Below are positions 8,857 to 17,693 of a DNA stretch of 64,000 nt, in pieces. Numbering within the stretch: position 1 is the stretch's first letter; each line of letters starts with the position of its first letter. The notes beneath the pieces are model-generated. The model was not told the origin of the DNA and did no database searches. It saw only the letters and a list, made by a program, of their open reading frames with translations. This DNA is from a virus (lineage: Duplodnaviria; Caudoviricetes): the IMG/VR virus record IMGVR_UViG_3300020047_004811, positions 23,317 to 87,316 of that record; one strand, written 5' to 3'. A program made the position numbers and the translations under genes.

Positions 8857-9456
8857 ATGAATAGATCAGAAACAATTGGCAAAATTGCCACAGCTCTCGT
8901 TAAGGCTCAAAGTGAGATGGGTAATGCCGTAAAAGGCTCAGCTAATCCATTCTTCAAATCTAAGTTCGCAGACCTGAACTCAGTACGAGAAGCTTGTATT
9001 GGACCACTCAATGCTCAGGGTGTATCAGTTCTACAGCCTACATCAGTTCTTGACGGTAAGCTTTACGTAGAAACGCTCCTATTGCACGAATCTGGGGAAT
9101 ATATCTCAGGCTTGTATGAGGTAGTGGTCGGCAAGCAAAACGATCCACAGGCGCTAGGAGCAGCTATTAGCTATAGCCGTAGATATGGTCTACAGTCTAT
9201 GGTAAATATCGGTGCGGAGGATGACGATGCTGAGTCGGCGATGGGTCGGAATACAAAGACTGTTGTAAAAACAAACACTAATACCAAAGTAGATGGGACA
9301 GTAGAAAAAACTCAGGTTTTGTCAGACGGAACTACTGGCACCACAGTTGTAACAACAGACAGCCGCGACCTTCAAGTTAAGAAAGGTGGGTTCGGAGTTA
9401 AGAAAACAGTAGAAACTACAGTAGTAGCTAGTGGTTCAGAAGATGGATGGTCATAA
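8857..9456 (+). CDS. erf: ERF-family ssDNA annealing protein
   Basis: ALVKAQ, NPFFKSKFADL, QALGAAISYSRRYGL, EDDDAE motifs. Confidence 0.92.
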   Translation: MNRSETIGKIATALVKAQSEMGNAVKGSANPFFKSKFADLNSVREACIGPLNAQGVSVLQPTSVLDGKLYVETLLLHESGEYISGLYEVVVGKQNDPQALGAAISYSRRYGLQSMVNIGAEDDDAESAMGRNTKTVVKTNTNTKVDGTVEKTQVLSDGTTGTTVVTTDSRDLQVKKGGFGVKKTVETTVVASGSEDGWS

Positions 9457-9457
9457 T

Positions 9458-9670
9458 ATGAAATACTCAATCCTCGGGCTATTACTATTAACTAGCTGCG
9501 GTTATATTAATCGAGAAGTTCAGAGTCTTACAGGAAGACCAAGCTCTGTTTGTCATAATGGAATTTCGTATCTACAATTCGCATCTGGCGTTTCAGTAGA
9601 GTATGAAACCATAGTTCTAATCGAAGGAACCGAGCAATTAACTAATCCATCAATTAAAAAGTGTAAATAA
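9458..9670 (+). CDS. putative lipoprotein
   Basis: MKYSILGLLLLTSC lipobox-like signal. Confidence 0.6.
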   Translation: MKYSILGLLLLTSCGYINREVQSLTGRPSSVCHNGISYLQFASGVSVEYETIVLIEGTEQLTNPSIKKCK

Positions 9671-9682
9671 TAAGGGAGCAAT

Positions 9683-10198
9683 ATGTCAGAAGAAACCGTA
9701 GTTACAGAACCACAAACAGAAGAAAGCTTGAAGTTTGATCCTAAAGAAGTAGAGGCTCAGCTTGTCAAGATCGCACAGGAACGTGCAGAAGACCCAGCAG
9801 AGACAGCCGCAACTTGTTATAGAACATACCTACCGTTCTATAAAATTATGAGTAAGAATAAAAAGCTTAGCACCCGCGCATTGCGTAGGATTCTAGATTT
9901 CTTGATTCTATATCCACTAGAGTCAGATAAAGCAAACGCCACTTCAAAAGAAGAAAGAGAGATGATGGAGCTTTGCAATACTCTGATTCAGGCTAAGTTT
10001 GTTCTAATTCTAGATACATACAATAACCACGCTCAGGAACTATACGACGCAGCGAACTCTCCTCTAACTGAGGAAGAGGCGAACCAAGTAATTGCAGACC
10101 TAAAAGCAGGTGGGGCTAGTGATGAAGATATCGCAGCTATTCACAAACCAGTTGACAACCATAATGTTGAAACTGTAGTATCAGCTCAAGGAGAATAA
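9683..10198 (+). CDS. hypothetical protein
   Basis: AAGGGAG SD; acidic helical protein. Confidence 0.75.
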   Translation: MSEETVVTEPQTEESLKFDPKEVEAQLVKIAQERAEDPAETAATCYRTYLPFYKIMSKNKKLSTRALRRILDFLILYPLESDKANATSKEEREMMELCNTLIQAKFVLILDTYNNHAQELYDAANSPLTEEEANQVIADLKAGGASDEDIAAIHKPVDNHNVETVVSAQGE

Positions 10199-10199
10199 C

Positions 10200-10439
10200 A
10201 TGAGAGAATATTTCGTAGTGATGATTAAAGAAGGAAGCACAGAGAATCTCAAACTTCTAACAGAGAAGTTAAATGCAGGATTCTATATTGACAATAGATA
10301 TGACGTTGGTCGTAGTTTAATGATCACTCTTCGTAAAGATGCAAGTGAGAACGAACTCAGAGGTACTTCGATAGCCTTAGATAGTATTTCAGTTGCCGGG
10401 GCCGCCAATTTTACATACGCAGGAACAATCCCATTTTAA
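10200..10439 (+). CDS. hypothetical protein
   Basis: AGGAG SD. Confidence 0.65.
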   Translation: MREYFVVMIKEGSTENLKLLTEKLNAGFYIDNRYDVGRSLMITLRKDASENELRGTSIALDSISVAGAANFTYAGTIPF

Positions 10440-10449
10440 GGAGAATAGT

Positions 10450-10614
10450 ATGAAGAATAAAATTATTGCCGGACTTATTATAATCACAGGGATGCTATTT
10501 ACCGGAGCAGTAGTATTTAAAAGCTACCTTACAGATACAGACAGTAAACTATATGCTTTGGGAATGATTACAGGATTGTCTGCAGTTATGACCAAACTAC
10601 TAATTAAGGAATAA
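10450..10614 (+). CDS. small two-TM membrane protein
   Basis: AGGAG SD before ATG 10450; two hydrophobic helices. Confidence 0.6.
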   Translation: MKNKIIAGLIIITGMLFTGAVVFKSYLTDTDSKLYALGMITGLSAVMTKLLIKE

Positions 10615-10617
10615 ATT

Positions 10618-10938
10618 ATGGCTGGAAAATGGAATAGACAACAAATCGGTAAGATCACAAAAAAGACTCCAGATAAAGAACGATTCCCAGAAAAAAGGGA
10701 TGCCACTGGAAAAGTAATTGACCCCGGAGTAAGAGAATTCTCTTTCAAAGTTGATCAAGATATCACACTGAAGGCTGGCACCTACCTTAATCTAGAGAAT
10801 AAAGCATTTAAACTTAGGTCTCTAGAAGCTAACAAGGAAAAGATGTCAGAAGAGAATTACGAGAAAGCTCTGGAACGAATCAACAAACATCCAGATTTTG
10901 TATTCTTCGAGGTTATTAAACTAGATAAAGAATCCTAG
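10618..10938 (+). CDS. hypothetical protein in replication module
   Basis: AAGGA SD; followed by a structured intergenic region. Confidence 0.7.
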   Translation: MAGKWNRQQIGKITKKTPDKERFPEKRDATGKVIDPGVREFSFKVDQDITLKAGTYLNLENKAFKLRSLEANKEKMSEENYEKALERINKHPDFVFFEVIKLDKES

Positions 10939-11027
10939 CCCTCCTCTAGGAACCTTTCCCTAACGGGATAAGCTTTGGTTAAACAAGCCGCCACCTCCAG
11001 CGTAGACGTAATCACCGAGGTTGACAA

Positions 11028-11051
11028 GCCGGGAATAGACCGGCATTTTTT
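11028..11051 (+). terminator. rho-independent terminator-like hairpin
   Basis: GCCGG-GAATAGA-CCGGC followed by ATTTTTT. Confidence 0.65.
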
Positions 11052-11070
11052 ATAATAGGAATATAGAAAC

Positions 11071-11295
11071 ATGAAATCAACCGGCATTTATTACAATCCG
11101 CAACTTAATAAAATTATAGAAATTATTGGAACTTTCAATGTTAACATTTGTGGAGTAGACATTATTGTTTATGATGTTAATGAAACTCAGAAAACTATAT
11201 GGGTTGACCACGCTGAATATACTTATTGTCTAGGTCCTATTTTAGGATTGACAAATGAAGGACTAAAAGGTTACTATAAAATAGGGATTTTGTAA
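11071..11295 (+). CDS. hypothetical protein
   Basis: AT-rich ORF directly before the primase. Confidence 0.55.
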   Translation: MKSTGIYYNPQLNKIIEIIGTFNVNICGVDIIVYDVNETQKTIWVDHAEYTYCLGPILGLTNEGLKGYYKIGIL

Positions 11296-11296
11296 T

Positions 11297-13246
11297 ATGA
11301 AACAGGGGGATACATTGTACGTCAACGTTCGTCGAGGGCTTAATTCTAAGCCAATGCTGGTAAATATCAAAGAAGACATTAATAAGTTTATTACCAACCG
11401 AGATCAAGATTGGTATGTAAGTTTGTATAAATATACTGACGAACATCTACAAACACTAGAAGAAACTGGAACTCTAGCTGGGATTAAAAATACTACAACA
11501 AACACACTATACTTCGACTTCGATTCCAAGGCTGATCTAGCCATTGCACAGAAAGATGCTATTGAAGTAGCAAATAGGCTTATTACTCGCGGACTAGATG
11601 AAGATAATATCGGATGCTATTTTACTGGCGGAAAGGGTTTCAGCGTAGAGGTAGAGATCAATGATTACATTACTCCAGATAAGTTTAAAGCTATTACTGC
11701 TGATATTGCGGGTGACCTCGGCACTTTTGATACTGTCGTCAATGATCCTAATCGTATTGTCCGGCTGGCTAATACTAAGCATCAAAACTCTGGACTCTAC
11801 AAAATCCCGCTCACACCAGAAGAACTAGTGTCGCTTAAAATAGACGAGATCAAGCTGCTCGCCAAGAATCCTAGACAGAATAGAATGCTAAAGGTTGCGA
11901 CATTGCCTAAGAATATGAAAGATATTGAAGTCCCAAAAGTTAAAACAGTAGAGCAAATGGCGAAGGACCTAACCTTCGATACATCTACTATTGATATGAA
12001 AGCCCGCCCAAAAGGAATTGATGAGGTTAGATGGCTTCTGATTAATGGATTCTTCAGAATTGGAGAAGGGGAACGCCACTATGCCATGCTATGTCTAGCA
12101 GCGACTTATAAAAATCAGGGATATCCTAAAGAACATTGCGATGCTCTACTCAATGCAGTAGCTTTAACTCAAGCAAATCGAACTGGAGACGACATATTTC
12201 CAGATGATAAGATTGATCTAATCACAAAGCAAGTTTATGGACCGGGATGGCAGGGCGGTCAATTTACGACTCGCGACCCTAATAACTGGCTAGCAAAATA
12301 TGCTAAGAAGATGGGGATCAATGTAAAAGAAGACGAGGGTCCTGCAACCCTTGATGGTATTAGCGCGGGATTCACCCACTATATCATGAATATTGAGAAG
12401 AATACTGTAAAGACTGGAATTGACGAGCTTGACAAAGCTATGCCTATTACAGTAGGATCAAACATTGGAGTTGTAGCTGCAGCCGGAGCTGGTAAAACAG
12501 CAATGGCGCTAAAAATGTTGAGATATAACTCAGAACAAGGAATTCCTACGGTATTTGCTTCATTGGATATGCACCGTAATAGGCTTTTTGAGAAAGTTGT
12601 GTACAATGTGACGGGTCTTAGCCGAGAAGACGTATACGCCCGATTTAAAGCTGGTAAAGGCAAGGAACTTACAGACCTAGTGAAGAAACATTACGGGAAT
12701 GTGTGGTTCTATGATCGATCTAGCGCGACCGTCGAGGATATTCGTAACTATGTAGTAGATGTAGAGGCTAGAACTGGACAAAAGATTAAGATGGTCATGT
12801 TTGACTACTTCGAGCGGATTAGTTCTGACGTTTCAGACGACACGGCAAGCTCAAAAAAGGTAGCCGGACAGATTCAGGACATGATTAACGATCTAGATGT
12901 AGCTGCAGTCACGTTAGTTCAGCCAAACAAGTTCTCCCTTGGTGGAGGACCAGACACAGAGATCAAATCATATACTGCAATCAAGGGAAGTTCGTTCCTT
13001 TACCAGAGTTTTAGGGGGATTGTTAGTCTTAGTCGCCCATTTTATACGCCAGACACGGCAGAACTTGACAAATATATGGTAATCAACGTACTGAAAAACG
13101 ATTTGGGTGCTCAAGCTAGGTTTGAAATGGGTTGGCATGGTAAAACTGGTGAGATTTATACCCTCGAAGACCATGAAAGAGCAGAGCTTAAAGAACTTAT
13201 GAAGCTTAAGAATGCAACGAAAGAAAAATCTGACGGGTGGGAATGA
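11297..13246 (+). CDS. AEP primase / PriCT / DnaB-like (SF4) helicase fusion
   Basis: LYFDFD and TGGKGF primase motifs, GERHYAMLCLA PriCT-like segment, Walker A AAGAGKT, FDYFE, LVQPNK. Confidence 0.9.
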   Translation: MKQGDTLYVNVRRGLNSKPMLVNIKEDINKFITNRDQDWYVSLYKYTDEHLQTLEETGTLAGIKNTTTNTLYFDFDSKADLAIAQKDAIEVANRLITRGLDEDNIGCYFTGGKGFSVEVEINDYITPDKFKAITADIAGDLGTFDTVVNDPNRIVRLANTKHQNSGLYKIPLTPEELVSLKIDEIKLLAKNPRQNRMLKVATLPKNMKDIEVPKVKTVEQMAKDLTFDTSTIDMKARPKGIDEVRWLLINGFFRIGEGERHYAMLCLAATYKNQGYPKEHCDALLNAVALTQANRTGDDIFPDDKIDLITKQVYGPGWQGGQFTTRDPNNWLAKYAKKMGINVKEDEGPATLDGISAGFTHYIMNIEKNTVKTGIDELDKAMPITVGSNIGVVAAAGAGKTAMALKMLRYNSEQGIPTVFASLDMHRNRLFEKVVYNVTGLSREDVYARFKAGKGKELTDLVKKHYGNVWFYDRSSATVEDIRNYVVDVEARTGQKIKMVMFDYFERISSDVSDDTASSKKVAGQIQDMINDLDVAAVTLVQPNKFSLGGGPDTEIKSYTAIKGSSFLYQSFRGIVSLSRPFYTPDTAELDKYMVINVLKNDLGAQARFEMGWHGKTGEIYTLEDHERAELKELMKLKNATKEKSDGWE

Positions 13247-13548
13247 AAACAATACAAGAAATCAAGCTAGAAGCCCGGCGTAAAGCCGACCTCAAGCAGC
13301 TACATGAATTCAACGAGCTAGTTAAATGGCTAGAAGATGCCGTTATCCCGAAATATCTAGAAAAAGGTCACACTGGTTGTAGTATATTTGGTTGGGATAG
13401 AAACATAGAAAAGCACTATGACAAGCTAAAGCCAGTGTTAGAGTCCGCTGGCTAGAAAGTAAACAAGATACCGTATCAAGAAGACGTAGGACCATTCCTT
13501 CGTCCTATGTATATAACAAGATATAATATTAATATATCATGGGAGTAG
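13243..13548 (+). pseudogene. small protein interrupted by an in-frame TAG at 13453-13455
   Basis: Frame continues ...LESAG*KVNKIP...NISWE* up to the SD of the next gene. Confidence 0.5.
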
Positions 13549-13552
13549 AGTA

Positions 13553-13717
13553 ATGTGTAAGCGAAGTCCCGAAGAAGAGGAAAGAATTATAAATGAAATC
13601 CTAGAAGATATGGGATTAGAAAAATACAAGATATCTACATCTAAGCGCGGCACAAATATAATGTGGGTAAAAGAGAAGAAAGAGGTTAAAGATAATGAGC
13701 CTAGTAAAAGAGATTAA
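13553..13717 (+). CDS. hypothetical protein (54 aa, absent from ORF track)
   Basis: GGAG SD; fills the gap to the next gene. Confidence 0.5.
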   Translation: MCKRSPEEEERIINEILEDMGLEKYKISTSKRGTNIMWVKEKKEVKDNEPSKRD

Positions 13718-14054
13718 AGTTAAAGAGTTAGAACTTAAAGAACTCAAATCTAAGAAGCAAGCTATTGATAAAATTAAAGCTTCAGATTCAATTATTTGTC
13801 ACGGCTATCAAAAAGGTCGAGGTTGTGGTAAGAAAATTAAGGTTAAAGATATTGACTTAATCCAGACTCACTGGTATACTCCTCCATACGGTTGCACTGG
13901 CGGTGACTACTATAATCTAGGAGAGTCAAACTTTATCTGCCCTAAATGCAAAACAAGGAATCGTCCTTGTTGGAATAAAGAATTTAATTTAGCAGATATG
14001 GATTTTAGACAAGTTAAAGGTAAGTTTAAATCGGTTACAGATGAGTATGAATAA
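13695..14054 (+). CDS. Cys-rich, probably Zn-binding, hypothetical protein
   Basis: C...GCGK...HWYTPPYGCTGGDY...FICPKC. Confidence 0.7.
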   Translation: MSLVKEIKVKELELKELKSKKQAIDKIKASDSIICHGYQKGRGCGKKIKVKDIDLIQTHWYTPPYGCTGGDYYNLGESNFICPKCKTRNRPCWNKEFNLADMDFRQVKGKFKSVTDEYE

Positions 14055-14193
14055 TGATTTATATCTTAGCGCTTGTTTTTATGGGTAAAAATATTAATAT
14101 GGACCTTACATTCAATAACTTAAAAGATTGTGAAATAAAAGCAAAAGAATTTATGGAAGATAACTATCAATCTAAATTTATATGTATTAAAAA

Positions 14194-14403
14194 ATGAAAT
14201 ATTTATTAATTTTAGGATTAATAGTTGGTTGTGGTAAATTTAATAGAAAAGATTATGCTTGTTTAAAAGAGTCTCCAACAAAAATTAGGTATCAAGTTTG
14301 GGATAATGGGCTAACTAAGTACAAAGTTTTGCATTGGGAAGGTCTATTTTACTTAAATGCCAACATTACGGACTTTGATAATTTATACATAAGATGTCAT
14401 TAA
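14194..14403 (+). CDS. putative lipoprotein
   Basis: MKYLLILGLIVGC lipobox-like signal. Confidence 0.55.
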   Translation: MKYLLILGLIVGCGKFNRKDYACLKESPTKIRYQVWDNGLTKYKVLHWEGLFYLNANITDFDNLYIRCH

Positions 14404-14630
14404 TAGCCCCCATGGGTGTCTCTGACTACCATGAAGGACAAATTCCACATCAATTCTAGAACAAGGTGTGGCGGAGGTAGGGACGAAAATATTCCTTTTA
14501 GTGATTGGTGGTCCTTTAAATTAAGCCGACACTCCAATGGCGTCACATGCCTAAACGCTCTGAACCCCGGCTCGACTGGGTAGTAGGAGTATAGATTTGA
14601 AGTTGTGAGGTGGCGGCTCGCTTTATTTAA
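14404..14630 (+). ncRNA. candidate structured ncRNA
   Basis: GC-enriched gap with no convincing ORF and at least six complementary stem pairs. Confidence 0.45.
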
Positions 14631-14639
14631 GGAGAGTAT

Positions 14640-14822
14640 ATGAAAAAACCAACACTTGAAGAAGCTATAATAATTATTCAAAAATCACCTGAAGGTTTTG
14701 CTAAAGAGTTCTTTAGAATACATCCTCAAACATTTATCGACCTTATTCCAGACAACCTACAACTAAATAAAAAGCCACTCAGCAAATCCCAGAAACACAA
14801 AAAGCGCAAACAAAAGCCTTGA
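14640..14822 (+). CDS. hypothetical protein
   Basis: AAGGAG SD; basic C-terminus. Confidence 0.55.
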   Translation: MKKPTLEEAIIIIQKSPEGFAKEFFRIHPQTFIDLIPDNLQLNKKPLSKSQKHKKRKQKP

Positions 14823-14848
14823 CAATCCCACCCTCGTACCAGTATAGT
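14819..14848 (+). promoter_or_regulatory. sigma70-type early promoter
   Basis: TTGACA (14819-24), 18 nt spacer, TATAGT (14843-48). Confidence 0.7.
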
Positions 14849-14855
14849 ATTTATT

Positions 14856-14974
14856 GAGCCGGTCTATGGTAGATAGCGCCCGGAGCTAATACTCCCAAGG
14901 CCTAGTTGGTTCGATTCCGACAAGGAACATGGTCTAGACTGTGGAGAGGGTTTCAAGTCCCTCCCGGCTTCCCT
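14856..14974 (+). ncRNA. tRNA-like RNA with two T-loop hairpins
   Basis: 7 bp acceptor-like stem GAGCCGG/CCGGCTT stacked on GAGGG-TTTCAAGT-CCCTC; internal GTTGG-TTCGATT-CCGAC; starts 7 nt after a -10 box. Confidence 0.6.
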
Positions 14975-14988
14975 AATAAAAGGAAAAC

Positions 14989-15135
14989 ATGAAGAAAACT
15001 AAAGGACCAAACCTAATCAAAGGTCCGAAACCAAACTTAAGGAAAAAACTTAAGGGAAAGATACAAGTGTCAGTTCGCAAGACTTGGTTCTCAGACGCTA
15101 TGGATGAACTGGACAAATTGGACAAGAAACAGTAG
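14989..15135 (+). CDS. small basic protein (48 aa, absent from ORF track)
   Basis: AAGGA SD; MKKTKGPNLIKGPKPNL... Confidence 0.5.
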   Translation: MKKTKGPNLIKGPKPNLRKKLKGKIQVSVRKTWFSDAMDELDKLDKKQ

Positions 15136-15148
15136 TTGGTCATAATAT

Positions 15149-15178
15149 TTAACAACTATAGTATATAAGGAGTTGTTA
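15149..15178 (+). promoter_or_regulatory. TTAACAACT motif inside an RBS-sequestering hairpin
   Basis: TAACAACT (15150-57) pairs with AGTTGTTA (15171-78), overlapping the AAGGAG SD and the A of ATG. Confidence 0.7.
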
Positions 15179-15798
15179 TGACCGAGATTGACATTACCCA
15201 AGAACCTAGATCAAAAAACTTTAAGGATAGAAGTGGAGAAATAGTATCTAAATTAAAGATAATTAAACTCCATAAAATTGTAAAAGTGCTGGAGTATAAA
15301 AAACCGGACGGGTCTCCCAGAACTAAAGTTTATTGGGAATGTCAATGTGATTGTGGTAATATTTGTATTAAGGGGAATGACGTTCTAAATAACCGAAAAC
15401 GGAATTTCAGTTGCGGGTGTTTTAGAAAACAAAGAATTACTCAAACAAAATTAAAGCCTGAAAATCACAGAGAAAATATACTAGTCCAAACTATGGCTAG
15501 ATATAGAATTGAAGCAAAAAATAGAAACTATTCTTTTAATTTATCTAAAGATGAATTTATTGATGTAATAAACAAACCATGTTTTTATTGTGCAACAGAA
15601 AACTCACAATTTGTAACACACCCGATCACGAAAGAAAAACATTGGTTTAGTGGAATAGATCGCATTGACAACCGCGCTGGATATGAGTATAATAATATAG
15701 TCCCGTGTTGTAAGAAATGTAACACTAAGAAAAATAGTATAGACCCAGAAATGGTAGTCAAACTTTATAATTTGCTGAAAGAGAAAGGTATCATTTAA
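15178..15798 (+). CDS. HNH homing endonuclease
   Basis: WECQCDCGN N-terminal motif; CFYC...GIDRIDN...NIVPCCKKCNTKK. Confidence 0.85.
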   Translation: MTEIDITQEPRSKNFKDRSGEIVSKLKIIKLHKIVKVLEYKKPDGSPRTKVYWECQCDCGNICIKGNDVLNNRKRNFSCGCFRKQRITQTKLKPENHRENILVQTMARYRIEAKNRNYSFNLSKDEFIDVINKPCFYCATENSQFVTHPITKEKHWFSGIDRIDNRAGYEYNNIVPCCKKCNTKKNSIDPEMVVKLYNLLKEKGII

Positions 15799-17693
15799 TG
15801 TCCAAATTGATTTACGGGAAAAATGATTTAGAAAGAATCGTTTCGATTGAAATATCAGACGATACCGCTACCCTGTTTAGGGAACTAGAAGATGGCACTT
15901 TAGATATCAAAAAAGTTCCTAATAAATTTTGGATTCTTGGTTCTAGACAATTCGATAAAAGTTGGATTAGACTAGAAGGAGAACAACATTTTAAATGGGG
16001 TAAGCAATTTTCTAAATATTCCGATTGGGCAGAAACCAAAAAATCATTACCATTTCAAGAAATTTACACAGTTAGTAATCAGGTAGAAGCGTTTCAAATT
16101 AAAGACGGGTATACTTTATTTAAAGGAATGAAACACAACGAACCTAGTATTCTTTCTTTCGATATCGAGACAACCGGATTGGACCATAATGCAGATTCAA
16201 AGGTTATTCTGATTTCTAATACTTTTAGAAAATTAGGAAAAATAACAAGAAAGTTATTTTGCTATAGTGATTATTCAAATTGTGCGAAAATGATCGACGA
16301 CTGGGCTAGTTGGGTAAGAATGATGGACCCCAGCATTATGTGTTTTCATAATGGTTACGCTTACGATTTACCATATCTTAACTACTGTCACGCTAAATAT
16401 AGCGATGAGCCTATTATTCTCGGAAGATGTGACAAACCTATCTACTTCAGTAAATATGAATCTAAATATCGAGTTGATGGTAGCCGGGACCTTCATTATT
16501 TTAAATGTCAAATCTACGGACGAGAACTAGTCGATACAATGTTCCTATCCTATAAATATGATGCTGTAGAGAAGAAATACGAGTCATACGGTCTGAAAAA
16601 GATTATTGCTCAGGAAGGACTTGAGAAAGCCGGACGGACATTCTACGATGCATCGCTAATCAGAACAAACTATACAGACCCAGTTGAACTGGAAAAGATT
16701 AAACAATATGCGGAAGAAGATGGCGACGATGCTCTGGCTTTGTATGATCTTATGGTTGCTCCTACCTTTTATCTTACCCAATCAATTCCTAAACCATTCC
16801 AGCTTGTTGTTGAGTCTGCCACCGGCTCTCAGATTAACTCTCTTCTTGTCCGTGCTTATTTACAAGATAAACACAGCGTCGCAAAAGCCGACAATCTAGA
16901 TGAAGAAAAGGTTGAGGGGGGAATTTCCTTTGCAGTCCCGGGAATCTATAATAACGTATTCAAGATTGATATTAAGTCTTGTTACCCATCTCAAATTCTA
17001 AGGTTCAAACTTTATGAAGAACGTAAAGACCCAAACGCATATTACTACAAACTCGTCGAGCACTTCACCCTCCAACGATTTGAGTACAAAAAACAAATGC
17101 TCGCAACCGGCGACAACTATTGGAAAAATCTGGACGCTATGGCTAAAATCTTTATTAATAGTAGCTACGGTGTGGCTAATACCAGCGGGCTTAACTATAA
17201 CTCAGCCGCTATCGCCAGGAAAATTACCATTGAGTCTCGCGCTATTATTGACATGTCTCTTAGGTGGGCTTCTGGTAGTGGGTATAGGACTTGGGCTACT
17301 AAATTTTATGATGCTATTGGAGAAAAAGAAGAAGACCGAGTCTACTTGTCGTTGCCGGAATCGCCGCTGGCAATAAAATATCACCACGACTTCATAATCG
17401 CACCGTCAGATACAGATTCTATTTCGTTCTGTAAACCAGACATGGCTCCATTCAGCCCAGAAGAGATCAAAACTCTACTAGGAGAGATTAATGAGCAATC
17501 CCCTGACAAAGTCCTGTGGGAAGACGATGGCGTCTATAAAACGATTATAGCCCTTAAAGCTAAGAACTATGTTCTACTTAAAAACAATGGAAAATTAACA
17601 ACTAAAGGTAGTGCATTAAAGGGTGGAGTTAAGTGTCCAGCTCTTAAAAAATTCATGAAAGAGGTTGTTGATGTCTTGCTCGAAACTGAATAG
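15798..17693 (+). CDS. family B DNA polymerase, N-terminal part (exonuclease, palm, fingers)
   Basis: FDIETTG, HNGYAYD exonuclease motifs; DIKSCYPS (A), KIFINSSYG (B), SDTDS (C), KAKNY; ends early in the thumb. Confidence 0.95.
   Translation: MSKLIYGKNDLERIVSIEISDDTATLFRELEDGTLDIKKVPNKFWILGSRQFDKSWIRLEGEQHFKWGKQFSKYSDWAETKKSLPFQEIYTVSNQVEAFQIKDGYTLFKGMKHNEPSILSFDIETTGLDHNADSKVILISNTFRKLGKITRKLFCYSDYSNCAKMIDDWASWVRMMDPSIMCFHNGYAYDLPYLNYCHAKYSDEPIILGRCDKPIYFSKYESKYRVDGSRDLHYFKCQIYGRELVDTMFLSYKYDAVEKKYESYGLKKIIAQEGLEKAGRTFYDASLIRTNYTDPVELEKIKQYAEEDGDDALALYDLMVAPTFYLTQSIPKPFQLVVESATGSQINSLLVRAYLQDKHSVAKADNLDEEKVEGGISFAVPGIYNNVFKIDIKSCYPSQILRFKLYEERKDPNAYYYKLVEHFTLQRFEYKKQMLATGDNYWKNLDAMAKIFINSSYGVANTSGLNYNSAAIARKITIESRAIIDMSLRWASGSGYRTWATKFYDAIGEKEEDRVYLSLPESPLAIKYHHDFIIAPSDTDSISFCKPDMAPFSPEEIKTLLGEINEQSPDKVLWEDDGVYKTIIALKAKNYVLLKNNGKLTTKGSALKGGVKCPALKKFMKEVVDVLLETE
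17595..17603 (+). promoter_or_regulatory. TTAACAACT motif inside polB, upstream of GIY-YIG gene
   Basis: Exact 9-mer ending 67 nt before ATG 17671. Confidence 0.55.

Noticed and set aside
11021-11057. Promoter TTGACA...TATAAT
   Set aside because: The spacer is 25 nt and spans the terminator hairpin
11038-11090. Direct repeat ACCGGCATTT in the terminator and next ORF
   Set aside because: Only 10 nt and two copies; chance is adequate
14524-14590. HDV-like/theta ribozyme
   Set aside because: A pseudoknot-like pairing exists, but P2-P3 and P3-P1 are not contiguous and the P1.1/J4-2 elements are missing
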